The notes under the pieces: generated by a model
Databases searched by the model: none
Told to the model about the DNA's origin: nothing
The model's input: the letters and a program-made list of their open reading frames with translations, nothing else
Position numbers and translations under genes: made by a program
In this document: positions 37,469 through 48,478 of the stretch, one piece after another
Layout of the letters: every line of letters begins with the position of its first letter
Position numbering within the stretch: the first letter of the stretch is position 1
Origin: a virus
Direction: 5' to 3' (one strand)
Virus record (IMG/VR): IMGVR_UViG_3300027972_000007
Location: 32,001-96,000 of that record
Length of the DNA: 64,000 nucleotides

Positions 37469-38015
37469 TTAATGAAGATTTCTTAACATTTCGTCATATG
37501 CTGCAATACCTTCTTTAAGATAAAAAATATCTTTGCCGGGAAATTCTTTCTGAAATTCTACCCAAATATTTCCTAGAGAAAAAAGATTATACAATCTATC
37601 TTTTGCTGTACATTGATTATTTGTTTGGGCAACCAGAGCTATTTTTATATTAGCATAATGTTCAGCCAACCAGTCCAATAATTTTTTATGTTCTTTATAT
37701 AAATTTTCGTTGAATATATAATAGCTTTTATTTTCTATTGTTTTAATATATTCCATTATCGATTTAACTTCATGTGCAGGCAAAGGAACTGGTATTGTCA
37801 TATTGTTTTTAACTGCGTAACCAATATTATCCCATATACAAACACATGCACCGCGATTAGGAAATTCTTTTTCTATTTGTTGTATATTATAACGTATCTC
37901 AATAAAATTTTTAAGTTGTAATGCTTTTCTTTCTTGTTCGTTTTTCTGTATTCTTTCTTCGACTTTCTTACCTTCTTTTTTCATCAATTTCTTTATCTGA
38001 TTATTGTTCAGCATA
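37469..38015 (-). CDS. Hypothetical protein
   Basis: Intact ORF; start approximate. Confidence 0.55.
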
Positions 38016-38288
38016 CATTTCTCCCGTTCTCCTTTATTAATGGACAAATTAAATCTTTATTTTTTTGTTTGGCTGCATTATATCCTCTATCATAACCCGC
38101 CATAAATGCTCTTTTACGAACTTCATGTGTTATACCTGCAATTTGTATAGCTATATCATGTGGTATTCCCCATTCAACCATATCTGTTACGAATGCCTTT
38201 TGAAAATCATCCATATTAATTTTTTTCATTTTTCTATTATAATATATATTATAGTAACAATAAAAGTCAAGAAGTATTTAAAAGTTTA

Positions 38289-38723
38289 TCATTGTGATAC
38301 AGTTAATTCGTTATATAATTTTATTTCTTTTCCATCCCAATATTGTACTGGCAAATTATTTTCTCGTAGATATTTAACCATACGTTTGAAATGATCTGAT
38401 TTGAAATCTTTTACTGCATCATATTCTGAAAAATATTCTGAATTTTTAATTAAATGTTGTCTATAACATTTTTCTTTTCCTAGTGAATCGCCATAGCCAT
38501 TATCTCTACATGCCCATAAAATTGGCTCACCGAAGTGGTTATTAAATTTTTCATAAGTTATAACACAAAACGTTATATTTTTATAAAAATCTTGTTGTAT
38601 CATTACATATTTTGGTGCAGATTCAATATTAAATCTGCCTTTATTTTCACACCGTTGTATACTATCTTTATTTACCGATATTTTGCCACATATTTCACAT
38701 TCATATATAGTTTTTGTTTTCAT
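38289..38723 (-). CDS. Hypothetical protein
   Basis: YECEICG...CE N-terminal zinc motif. Confidence 0.6.
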   Translation of the reverse strand: MKTKTIYECEICGKISVNKDSIQRCENKGRFNIESAPKYVMIQQDFYKNITFCVITYEKFNNHFGEPILWACRDNGYGDSLGKEKCYRQHLIKNSEYFSEYDAVKDFKSDHFKRMVKYLRENNLPVQYWDGKEIKLYNELTVSQ

Positions 38724-38728
38724 ATTAT

Positions 38729-39301
38729 TTACCTTTTATATGCACATATTAATTTTTTTACTTCTTCAGGAAATTTATTTATTCTTTCTTTTGTTTTATT
38801 ATATAATATCTGAAAATCTTCTTTATTTAAACATACATTATTATGATCCATCCAATGGCAGAGAAAAGGAAATGGGCAATATTTCCAAGGTTTTAAGAGA
38901 ATTCCTTCGCTGATTATATGATCGATGAAATAATTCATCTTTTCTCGTGCATCAAAATAACCAGAAACTATTGTAAATTTTCCTTCTTGGTTATATCTCC
39001 CACTTATTGGTAATGTATTTCTTTGATGGTTTAAAAATTGCCAATTAAAGTAAATATGTACACTATTTAAGCTAATCTTTGATGTATAATTGAATGTATC
39101 AAATGCTAATAACAGCCCCCTTTCATAATTAAAATAGAAATTGAAACTATCTCGCTTTTGAAATTTATTTATAAATTCTTCTTTATATATCTCATTGAAT
39201 CCTGCTTCTTTGAATGCAGCTATATATTCTTCTAATGACATTTTGAAATTTGTATCCATTTTCATTGTATTACTTGAATTAATAGACATATTATACCTCA
39301 A
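38729..39301 (-). CDS. Hypothetical protein
   Basis: Intact ORF in the minus-strand operon. Confidence 0.6.
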   Translation of the reverse strand: MRYNMSINSSNTMKMDTNFKMSLEEYIAAFKEAGFNEIYKEEFINKFQKRDSFNFYFNYERGLLLAFDTFNYTSKISLNSVHIYFNWQFLNHQRNTLPISGRYNQEGKFTIVSGYFDAREKMNYFIDHIISEGILLKPWKYCPFPFLCHWMDHNNVCLNKEDFQILYNKTKERINKFPEEVKKLICAYKR

Positions 39302-39648
39302 TTAAAAACATTTATATTACCTCGGCATCAAATAAATCAACTTTAAAGGTATCTGATAAAATACATTGGCAATCACTTTTTCCCTCTTCTTGAAGACACC
39401 CTAGAATTATTAAATAATTACGAAAATTATCTATATTTCTTCTTAAATCTTCAACTGGAATAATTACTCTATCCATATCAGTATCTTCGCATATAGAATT
39501 ATTTAATTTTTTAACAATATTGTTATACTCCCTAATTATCTTTTTACGAAATTCATTAAAATTTATTTCCACTTTGTTTCTCCATTAAAATTATTCAATT
39601 ACTTGAAATATATGTTTATTATCTTCAATACGATTTAAAATTATACTT

Positions 39649-39753
39649 TCATGGCAAGGGAAGTTTTGCAATGTCGCATACATGGTCAACACGAACCCAA
39701 TCACACCCCAAGTCCACCTTGCCGCAACCTAAATGTAATTTTATACTGCCCAT
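39649..39753 (-). pseudogene. Truncated SAM-dependent methyltransferase remnant
   Basis: MGSIKLHLGCGKVDLGCDWVRVDHVCDIAKLPLP* retains only motif I and the D...LP segment. Confidence 0.5.
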
Positions 39754-40070
39754 TTATTTAACACCTTTGGAATAAATATAATATAAAAAAATACCACCCC
39801 AAATAAAATATATACAGGCCAACATAATATATGGTATGTAAATAATTCACACCGGCAAATCGGATCGCTCTCGATATTCTTAACAACAGCTTTGTGTGAC
39901 AATATTCCACCAATTAATCCTATTAAAACATAAAAAAACATTGTTTTTTCAGATATAACAAGATAATCACAACGTAACCCAATAAAGAATAAAATTACTG
40001 TAAACAATGTAGCAAAACACCACACAAAATACAACCTTAATTTTATATATATTTTATCTATATCGTCCAT
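39741..40070 (-). CDS. Membrane protein
   Basis: Three hydrophobic segments. Confidence 0.6.
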   Translation of the reverse strand: MDDIDKIYIKLRLYFVWCFATLFTVILFFIGLRCDYLVISEKTMFFYVLIGLIGGILSHKAVVKNIESDPICRCELFTYHILCWPVYILFGVVFFYIIFIPKVLNKWAV

Positions 40071-40412
40071 TCTAATATCCTTTCCATTAGACTTATCATT
40101 CTCTGATGGTATTATCAGAAATTTTTCTTATTTTTCTGATATTAATATAAAGATCAGTATTGAATTTTGTATTGAACATATTTAAAATGCTTTTGTTAAT
40201 TCTATATCAAGATAAGGATATTGTCCTCTTTTATCTACGCAATGAGTTATCATACATATTTTTAAATAAGTACCATCTGATAATTGTACCATATCTCCTA
40301 TCATTGGACGACACGAAAAAACATCAGGAAAAGTAGGATGAAATTTCAAATCTAAATTAGTATGACATCTTACTTTTATTTCATTATTCATATTTTATCT
40401 CCTGTTATAATT

Positions 40413-40868
40413 TTATCCATAACATGCAGACAATAACCATTTTGGTTCTGCATCAATATTAAGATATGTTTTGCAAAACTCTTTGAATAGTTGAACATTG
40501 TTTTCATTAGCTATTAATGAAGGTATTTCTGTTACGTTACTCCAGTCAGCATAATTTCTCGTATCTTTAACTGCTATAATATATTCAGTTCCATCATCAT
40601 ACATAAGGGAACCATAACATACTATTTCGACAGGTATGGGATGCAATTTTTCAAACTCTTTCTTAATTTTATAATATAAATCTATTTTTGATTTTTCTGG
40701 CTTGATACCATTTATATAATTACCAGTATCGTCATAAATTTTAAACGTCGGCACATATTTACAAATATCCCATATCCACCAATCTTTAATATATCGATCT
40801 TTCCAAGGAAGAGAATCTCGGCGTATTTTTATTCCATAACAAATATTAGCATTTGCAGACGAACCCAT
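40413..40868 (-). CDS. Hypothetical protein
   Basis: GAGGAG RBS; intact ORF. Confidence 0.65.
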   Translation of the reverse strand: MGSSANANICYGIKIRRDSLPWKDRYIKDWWIWDICKYVPTFKIYDDTGNYINGIKPEKSKIDLYYKIKKEFEKLHPIPVEIVCYGSLMYDDGTEYIIAVKDTRNYADWSNVTEIPSLIANENNVQLFKEFCKTYLNIDAEPKWLLSACYG

Positions 40869-40922
40869 AATTTACTCCTCATTTATTCTATAAACTTTAA
40901 AGATATCTGATAAAATTTCTTT

Positions 40923-41741
40923 TTAAAACTCTTGCAATAAATCTGATACCTTTAATATATCAATTTCTGCAGTATAATCCGTGGAGTATATATGAAACTT
41001 TATTTTTTCTCCAATTAAGTTAAACGTAAAATTGATTACAATGCCGTTTTCGAAAGTTACTTTTATCGTTTTATATGTAGTATAAGTATTCTTATACCCT
41101 GCGCAATGCAACAATTTTTCATTTTTCTCACACTTTGCTTTTGGGTATCTTTCAGATAATTCTTTTAATGCATTATCAAAAAGATTGTTCGAATATATTT
41201 CATTTTTTTCTTTTGTTTCCTTTTGTTTCAAATATTCATCAATCTTTTCCATTACTGTTGATACTTTTGAATATGCTTTATTTTCTTTATCGTAACTAAT
41301 TCCTTCGATGAACATTTTGAGACCTTTTGAATTACTATGATAATGCCATCTATTACCATTATATACTTTATGTTCTCGTACCAATACTTTTATGTTAGAA
41401 TTATTACGAACAATGATTGATTCAAGATAAGTAATCTCCTTCGTCCAAGTAATATTTCTTTTCGTGCCGTCATATTCAGAAATTACATATATTTTTGTTT
41501 TAATGGTTTTTTTTAATTCGTAGTAATTCTTATCGAACTCTGCAAAGAATGTTTCATAAGACTTATTGATTATATCTTGCTCGACGAGAAATTTTGCAAT
41601 TTCTGCTTCCTTATCCACAATTTCTTTCGCCCTTTTTATTTCTACTTCTGCTGCTTTCACTTTCTTCTCGGCTTCTTCTTTTTCCCTTTTAGCTTTTATT
41701 AAGGACAACTCTTCCAGGCTTAATGTAATTTGATCTGACAT
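40923..41741 (-). CDS. Hypothetical protein
   Basis: First gene after the promoter at 41782-41814; coiled-coil N-terminus. Confidence 0.7.
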   Translation of the reverse strand: MSDQITLSLEELSLIKAKREKEEAEKKVKAAEVEIKRAKEIVDKEAEIAKFLVEQDIINKSYETFFAEFDKNYYELKKTIKTKIYVISEYDGTKRNITWTKEITYLESIIVRNNSNIKVLVREHKVYNGNRWHYHSNSKGLKMFIEGISYDKENKAYSKVSTVMEKIDEYLKQKETKEKNEIYSNNLFDNALKELSERYPKAKCEKNEKLLHCAGYKNTYTTYKTIKVTFENGIVINFTFNLIGEKIKFHIYSTDYTAEIDILKVSDLLQEF

Positions 41742-41832
41742 ATCTCTCTCCTGTTTAAATTGTTTATAATTTCTATTACTATTATAATATATATTATAGT
41801 AGAATAAAAGTCAAGATATAAATTAAATTATT

Positions 41833-42225
41833 TTATAGAGTTGTTACACCAAATATCTTTAATAGCATTTTCGTTTGCGCCACATCTACATCTAAACCGT
41901 GAGTGGCGGGAGGACATGAAATTAAATTCTTATCCTCAAATTTAGCCCATTCTGGAGCATTTTTAGCCCAATCAGGAGTATTCAGTTTCTTTTCTACTTG
42001 CTTTTCTTTTATAATACTTTCTACTTTTTTCATGCCAACCATTTCTCTAACTTCATTCCAATTTTCAAATCCTAAATAAATTGAAACATCTGGAATATCT
42101 GTTATTGGTGGTTTGTAAAAATGTGCTACTGCATTCTCTACATTGCAATGCACGACATTTCTTCCCCATTCAAAAATTGCAATATTGTTTTTTTCGTCAA
42201 AACTTTTCAACATCTTTTTTTCCAT
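41833..42225 (-). CDS. Hypothetical protein
   Basis: GAGG RBS. Confidence 0.6.
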   Translation of the reverse strand: MEKKMLKSFDEKNNIAIFEWGRNVVHCNVENAVAHFYKPPITDIPDVSIYLGFENWNEVREMVGMKKVESIIKEKQVEKKLNTPDWAKNAPEWAKFEDKNLISCPPATHGLDVDVAQTKMLLKIFGVTTL

Positions 42226-42234
42226 AATACACCT

Positions 42235-42744
42235 CTATGATCTTCTATTGCATTTTGTGATATCAGTATATGCACGACATTTATTATCAATATTTAAACT
42301 ACATTTAGTATTACATTGACCGGGTGTATCAGATTTTGTTTTAGCTTCATCTATAAGTTGTTTTAATTTTTTCAACAGTTTGGGATCAGGATATACTATA
42401 ATTTTCTGATTAGGCTGGGAAGGCGAGGAGGAAGATGACGACGAAGATGGCGAAGAATTTGTTAAATTAAAAAATAAACTCAAAATATATTCTATTTTTT
42501 CATAGTGTTTTACTTCATAATTTAAATCGGCTATTAAATGTGATAATACATTCAAACCATTAAGGATATTTGTTGTGTTCAAAATCGTGCCGTTATTAAC
42601 ATAATCGTCAACTTCTTTTACTGCAATTTCAAGATGTTTAATTCGTAGTGTTGAATTGTCTTTATAATTATTAAATAAATCGTTCACTTTCTTTTGTATT
42701 CGACTGGAAGTATTTTTTAAAAGATTCAACATTAACTGCTTCAT
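42235..42744 (-). CDS. Hypothetical protein with poly-Ser linker
   Basis: SSPSSSSSSSSPS; 37-bp leader duplicated at 43161-43197. Confidence 0.6.
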   Translation of the reverse strand: MKQLMLNLLKNTSSRIQKKVNDLFNNYKDNSTLRIKHLEIAVKEVDDYVNNGTILNTTNILNGLNVLSHLIADLNYEVKHYEKIEYILSLFFNLTNSSPSSSSSSSSPSQPNQKIIVYPDPKLLKKLKQLIDEAKTKSDTPGQCNTKCSLNIDNKCRAYTDITKCNRRS

Positions 42745-42794
42745 ACTGTTCTCCCATTTAAATTTAAGAATTATTTTAGTTTTCTCTTTTCATA

Positions 42795-43163
42795 CTATTC
42801 ATTAGTTTCAGTTAATTCTTTATATAGTTTTTCCATCCATCTAATCATTTTTAAATGGTTTTTGATGTCATTGTTTGTAATTTCTCTTGTTTTATATTCT
42901 CTTTTATTAACAACACAATATGGTGTGTTAACACATGATTCTCTTCCAGTATATTCTTTTATTGGACATCCGTTACAATCGTTATCAAAATAATTTTTGC
43001 ATAATGGACAATTTAAATATCCGTGGCAGTATATTTCATTATCATTTATAGATAAAAACGCTCCATTAAAAAGGCCCATTTTGCCTTTTACTGCAATTAG
43101 TTTTTCATGTGCAGCTTTCCAAATATCAATAGATTCTTTAAGTAATTGAATTGATTTCTTCAT
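42795..43163 (-). CDS. Cys-rich paralog family member 3
   Basis: CPLC...CNGCPIKEYTG...CVNTPY; start reset to the ATG after GGGAG. Confidence 0.7.
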   Translation of the reverse strand: MKKSIQLLKESIDIWKAAHEKLIAVKGKMGLFNGAFLSINDNEIYCHGYLNCPLCKNYFDNDCNGCPIKEYTGRESCVNTPYCVVNKREYKTREITNNDIKNHLKMIRWMEKLYKELTETNE

Positions 43164-43360
43164 ACTGTTCTCCCATTTAAATTTAAGAATTATTTTATAA
43201 ATAAAAAATATGAATAAACTCCAGCAACTATATAGATAATTATACATACCATAATCCACAGATACATAGCCTCTGGTCTGTTCTCAAATCTATCAAAATA
43301 TCATCAAAATATCTTATTATTTTTTCTTTAATATTATACATAAATATACCTATATAAATT

Positions 43361-43448
43361 TGGTGCCCAAGACCGGACTTGAACCGGTACGGTACTAAGT
43401 ACCGAGGGATTTTAAGTCCCTTGTGTATGCCAATTCCACCACTTGGGC
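43361..43448 (-). tRNA. tRNA-Leu(TAA)
   Basis: AGGGA-CTTAAAA-TCCCT; long variable arm; ACCA end. Confidence 0.95.
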
Positions 43449-43615
43449 TTTTAAAGATATTTAAATAATGTCAATGTCAATCCCATAGCCATTAAAAATA
43501 TATTAATACCTGGGATTGCTCGTTTATGAATAATGAGCAAAGTATTAATCGTAAAAAACCAAATAAACAAAAAAAATCCAATAAATTGAACTATTTCTTG
43601 AAACATATTTACTCC

Positions 43616-44929
43616 CTATTCATAACGCAGCCAACTATAATTTTCTTGTATATATTTTATTGCTTCTTCTTTTGAATTAATAATTTCTTCCAGTTGTTTA
43701 TCTTCTATATCGGAAAATATAACTTTAAATATCTTTCCTTGTATAAAACCCAAACTTAATAAATCAAAACCAGTTATTAGACGAGTTGGTTTTATTTGTT
43801 CAGGAGGAATTTCATCCATTTTTTTAATTATGAAATTATAATTATCAAGATTTTTATTTGAAGCCGAACAATCGCAATAATGCAAAATTAAATGTTCGTC
43901 AAAATTAGGAATTCTAATAAATCTTTTCAATTTTGCCATTCTCATATTTTGTACGAATCTAAATTTCATGTGATTTTCAATTAATGAAACAACTCTTTCA
44001 ATAAAAGAATTTGAAAATTTCATTCTTTTTAACATTTCATTTGCCAATTTTGCTCCAACTTCGTCGTGTGAATTAAATCTGATTCTCGTATCTATATAAA
44101 AAGTATTTGGTTTTCCTATATCATGTAATAACGTACCCATTAATAATTCATCGGAAACATTAATGGGAAGATTTTCTAACGCTTGAATAGTATGTTCAAA
44201 AACATCTCCCTCAGGATGAAATTGTATTGGTTGTTGAATATTTTTTAAATTATGAACTTCGGGCAATATATATTTTAGAATATTAGTTTCATAAAGGAGA
44301 TTGAATATTTTTCTTGGTTTATGGAGCCTCAACATTTTTAATAATTCTTCTGAAATTCTTTCAACTGATATATTTACTATTTCTTCTGCATGATTTTTTA
44401 TTGAATAAAAAGTATTTGTTTCGATTTCAAAATCAAATTTTACTGCAAATCTAATTGCACGTAAAATTCTCAATTTGTCTTCCTGTATTCGTTTTTCTGG
44501 ATCGCCAATAAAACGAATTATTTTATTGTTCAAATCGTATTGACCACCAACGAAATCTATTATCTTATCTTCAATAGGATCAAAGAACATTCCGTTGATA
44601 GACAAATCTCTTCTCAAAGAATCTTCTTTCATTGAGCTGAAAGAAACAGAATCCGGTCTTCTATTATCAGTATAATTTCCATCATTTCTAAAAGTTGCAA
44701 CTTCAAATTCTGTATTATCGATTACTACTATAATAACACCAAAAGATTTTCCAACTGGAATAGTCTTATCGAAAAGTTTTTCGACTTGGTCGGGCGTTGC
44801 ATTAGTGGCAATATCTATATCATTTGATTCTATTCCGAGAATCATATCACGAACACAACCACCAGCAAACACGGCTTGAAAATTATTTTCATTTAACTTT
44901 TTTATTATTGCCAATGCTTTATTTTTCAT
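43616..44929 (-). CDS. cca: CCA tRNA nucleotidyltransferase with HD domain
   Basis: GGCVRD...DIDIAT, EVATFR, RRDLSIN, ED.LR.LRA.RF, LLHDIGK motifs. Confidence 0.95.
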   Translation of the reverse strand: MKNKALAIIKKLNENNFQAVFAGGCVRDMILGIESNDIDIATNATPDQVEKLFDKTIPVGKSFGVIIVVIDNTEFEVATFRNDGNYTDNRRPDSVSFSSMKEDSLRRDLSINGMFFDPIEDKIIDFVGGQYDLNNKIIRFIGDPEKRIQEDKLRILRAIRFAVKFDFEIETNTFYSIKNHAEEIVNISVERISEELLKMLRLHKPRKIFNLLYETNILKYILPEVHNLKNIQQPIQFHPEGDVFEHTIQALENLPINVSDELLMGTLLHDIGKPNTFYIDTRIRFNSHDEVGAKLANEMLKRMKFSNSFIERVVSLIENHMKFRFVQNMRMAKLKRFIRIPNFDEHLILHYCDCSASNKNLDNYNFIIKKMDEIPPEQIKPTRLITGFDLLSLGFIQGKIFKVIFSDIEDKQLEEIINSKEEAIKYIQENYSWLRYE

Positions 44930-45827
44930 AATTATAATATATATTATAATGCAAAATAAGTCAAGGAATATTTTTAATTATTTTATTTTTTGTATTCTAA
45001 CGATTTTGCCAGTTTTGTCACAATAAGAATAAATCCATTTTTTGTTAGATTTTCTTTTGATTTTTTTATTACAAAACTTGCAATAATAGGTATTCATTTC
45101 AATTTTCAATTCTGGTTATAGAAAGAACGTTATAGCGATCATAAACAATTTCTCTTGCTTCAGATTCACAGTCGGCTTCTACTGTGACTTTTTTAGAATG
45201 GATAATACTTTTAGTATTTAAATAATAAGTAATTTGAAATGTATATTCTTCTTTGTTGAACATAATATACCTTTATACGTTTAAAAGAGAACATACTCTT
45301 TTAATTATTTATAAAGGTATATATTTATTTATAAAAATAATTGAATTTTACAATCGGGATAATCGCCTTCTTCAGCTAAAAGTTCTATTTTATCCATTTC
45401 TCGTTCAAAAACAAACCCACAATCTTTTTCATTTAGATATTGTTGTACTTTTTTTAGCGCTTCTTGTGGATTTTCTGCAACTACAAAAGGACGGCCATGA
45501 GCAACACTGCTAATTTTTGATTGCATGCCTCGCAAATAAACTCTATATAATTTCATAAATTAACCTTTCTTGTTTTATATTCTTTCATTTTCTTTTCTCA
45601 AATTTATCTCCCATCTCACACATTCTAATGCAGCTTCTAATTGATCTAAAGTTGCGCGTTTCCAATAATCGAACAAACCAGAAGATTTACTATTTTTAAC
45701 ATATATGGAAGAATCTTCGCAATCAATATGAACCCATTTATCTGGACATTTACTTTCAAATTCCCACTTAAATGGTTTATTTAATTCTTTTACTTTTTTG
45801 TCATTAACTAATATTCTATTTTTCATA

Positions 45828-46748
45828 TTAACACCTTATATTAGGATAATTATCTTCAAACCAATCAATTGTTTTATCTAATCCTTGCGGCAAAGGTGTA
45901 AAAGAGAATGATGGGTATAAAGAATTTAATTTTGAAACGTCTGACGGTTTTCTTTTTTGCCCATCTGGTTTTGTTTTATCAAAAATTATATTGCCTCTAA
46001 AATTCATTTTTTCTGCTATCATTTCTACTATTTTTGCAATACTTATTTCATTACCATTCGAAAATATTATCGGACTTTCTTCGTTGTAATAATTTAATGC
46101 CCACATAGATAAACGAGCTATATCAAAAGAGTATATAAATTCTCTTAATGGTTCTCCACTACCCCATATTACAAAATCTGTATTGTTCATTTTTGCTAAA
46201 TAACATTTATGAATTAATGATGGTATTACATGACCGTCTGTTAAACTGAAATTATCATTAGGGCCATATATATTAGTTGGAATTACTGTAATAAAATTAC
46301 ATCCATATTCTTTTCTATATGCTAAACTCTGTACTTCTAACATTCTTTTAGCATACGCATAAGCGAAATTTGATGGATGTGGCGGCCCATTATGCAAATC
46401 CTTTTCATTTAATGGATAATTACATTTATCAGGAAATACACAAGTAGACATAAATGAAACTAATTTTTTTACTCCTGCTAATCTCGCACATTCTAAAACA
46501 TTAAAATTAATCATAGTATTATCAGCATAAAATTTTCCTGGGCATTCACTATTAATTCCAACCCCGCCAACCTTAGCAGCAAGATGAATGATATGAGTAG
46601 GTTTGATATAATTAAAAATTGTTTTCGTTTCTTCAAAATTTCTTAAATCAACATATTTATGGGAAAGATAACAAGTGTCATAAAAATGTAATTCTTTCAT
46701 AGCATGGCCAACCAACCCATCTGCTCCTGTTATTAATAATTTACCCAT
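45828..46748 (-). CDS. fcl: GDP-L-fucose synthase
   Basis: TGADGLVG, HLAAKVGG, STCVFP, YAYAKR, PTNIYGPNDNF, WGSGEPLREF motifs. Confidence 0.9.
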   Translation of the reverse strand: MGKLLITGADGLVGHAMKELHFYDTCYLSHKYVDLRNFEETKTIFNYIKPTHIIHLAAKVGGVGINSECPGKFYADNTMINFNVLECARLAGVKKLVSFMSTCVFPDKCNYPLNEKDLHNGPPHPSNFAYAYAKRMLEVQSLAYRKEYGCNFITVIPTNIYGPNDNFSLTDGHVIPSLIHKCYLAKMNNTDFVIWGSGEPLREFIYSFDIARLSMWALNYYNEESPIIFSNGNEISIAKIVEMIAEKMNFRGNIIFDKTKPDGQKRKPSDVSKLNSLYPSFSFTPLPQGLDKTIDWFEDNYPNIRC

Positions 46749-46750
46749 TT

Positions 46751-47776
46751 TTAATCCTTTTTATTATATAATAATTTTTGCCATTTTATGGTTTTCTTTA
46801 ACCCATCATTTAATTTTGTAAATGTTGGATTAAATTCATTTTTTATTTTATCAATATTCAAACCCACTTCTGAAGGCGATCCGTCCAACGATAAATTAGT
46901 ATTTAATTTAACTGGTGCATTTAATATATTTCCTATATTATTTGCCAAGTCAAGAATCGAGATTTTTTCATTCCCGCCAACATTATAAAGTCTTTCTTTT
47001 CCTTCAAATAATATTTTCCACAATAATTCAATCGCATCAGAAATATATATGTATGTTCTTTTTGCTAATCCTAAATCTAATAATTGAATTTTTTTCTTGA
47101 GTATTGCATTTCTAATAAATGTATTTAATACTCTCTCGTCATTTTTACGAGTCCCCATACCATACGCTAAAGCAAGTCGAATACTTTTTACATCAAAATT
47201 ATCTTTATAATTATCTACTATTGTTTCACCGCATCTTTTACCTTCAATGTAACATGCCCTCGGATGATATGGGTCGCTTTTTCCAATATTCTTTTCTTCA
47301 GGATTTGTATATAAAAGTCCACTATACACTTCACTCGAACTTAAGAAAAGAAATTTTCCATTACTTTTTAAATTTTCAAAAAGATTGAAAAGAACTGAAG
47401 TATTCAATTTCAATGTTTTTATTGGATCAGCAAGAAATTTTCCTGGTTGCCCATAAGTGGCTGCATGTATAATAATATCATAATGTGAGTTACATTTTTC
47501 AATAGTTAAATCAAAAGAACTAACATTACATGAGCTAAAATTATACAAATCTTTCAATTGTTCGTTTCTATTAATCGCTCTTACAATAAAATTACAATTA
47601 TATTTCTTGTTTAAAACATGTAAACACGCAATTAAATTAACGCCAATTAAACCACTTGCGCCAGTTATTAATATTGATTTTTCATTAATATTATTAACAA
47701 ACAAATCAACATTATTATCAACTATCTTTTCTGCTTCAGCATAAATCATTTTACTCAATATATTCATATTACTCAT
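46751..47776 (-). CDS. NAD-dependent epimerase/dehydratase (UDP-glucuronate decarboxylase-like)
   Basis: TGASGLIG, SSSEVY, RACYIEGKRCGE motifs. Confidence 0.85.
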   Translation of the reverse strand: MSNMNILSKMIYAEAEKIVDNNVDLFVNNINEKSILITGASGLIGVNLIACLHVLNKKYNCNFIVRAINRNEQLKDLYNFSSCNVSSFDLTIEKCNSHYDIIIHAATYGQPGKFLADPIKTLKLNTSVLFNLFENLKSNGKFLFLSSSEVYSGLLYTNPEEKNIGKSDPYHPRACYIEGKRCGETIVDNYKDNFDVKSIRLALAYGMGTRKNDERVLNTFIRNAILKKKIQLLDLGLAKRTYIYISDAIELLWKILFEGKERLYNVGGNEKISILDLANNIGNILNAPVKLNTNLSLDGSPSEVGLNIDKIKNEFNPTFTKLNDGLKKTIKWQKLLYNKKD

Positions 47777-47948
47777 CTTCTGAAAATAGAGTATCTATTT
47801 CACTTCTTCTCATTTCAATCGCATCATTTAAAGAATCTATAATTTCTACTAAAAAATCGATGTATTCTTCGTCCGTCATACCTACTGTCGAATCAAAAAT
47901 TTCAGATACAAATTCCATTGTAGTTTTCATTTTAAATCTCCTTTCTTA

Positions 47949-48341
47949 TTATTTATTTTCTATCAATTTATATTTTTTAATAATTTTTTGCAAATTTTCA
48001 ATAGATATATTTATCCATAAAAAATAATCGATAATTTTTGAAGTAGAGAAACAAATTTCTCCAATTTCTTCGTCTCCATTTATTCCAAAAAAATTATGCA
48101 TTCTATGTATAATAACAAAGTGACAAGAATTATTAAATTTTTTCATTATATCTTCATAAGACATTTCAATTCTTTGTCTCATAGAACTTTTAGAACAATC
48201 TAATATATCTACCCACCAATTCACGGATACTTTTTTAGCATCATTAATAATAGCAATTTTTTTCTTTAATGATAAATTATTTGTTTTATAAAAAATATCG
48301 TGTTTATACATTAGAAAAAATACTTTCCAATTATCAGACAT
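47949..48341 (-). CDS. Hypothetical protein
   Basis: Intact ORF. Confidence 0.55.
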   Translation of the reverse strand: MSDNWKVFFLMYKHDIFYKTNNLSLKKKIAIINDAKKVSVNWWVDILDCSKSSMRQRIEMSYEDIMKKFNNSCHFVIIHRMHNFFGINGDEEIGEICFSTSKIIDYFLWINISIENLQKIIKKYKLIENK

Positions 48342-48478
48342 ACACCTATTGACATTAATACAACATCTTTTAAAGAAAATGATAATTTATTAAGTAATAC
48401 AAAAATATTGGCGAACCCATAAAAAACAAATAAAAATACTCCAAGGATTTGTAGTATAGGTATTAACATATTTCACTC

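Noticed and set aside
43361-43448. tRNA-Leu as a prophage attachment site or host boundary
   Set aside because: No integrase or duplicated 3' end, and the same phage promoter motif continues on both sides
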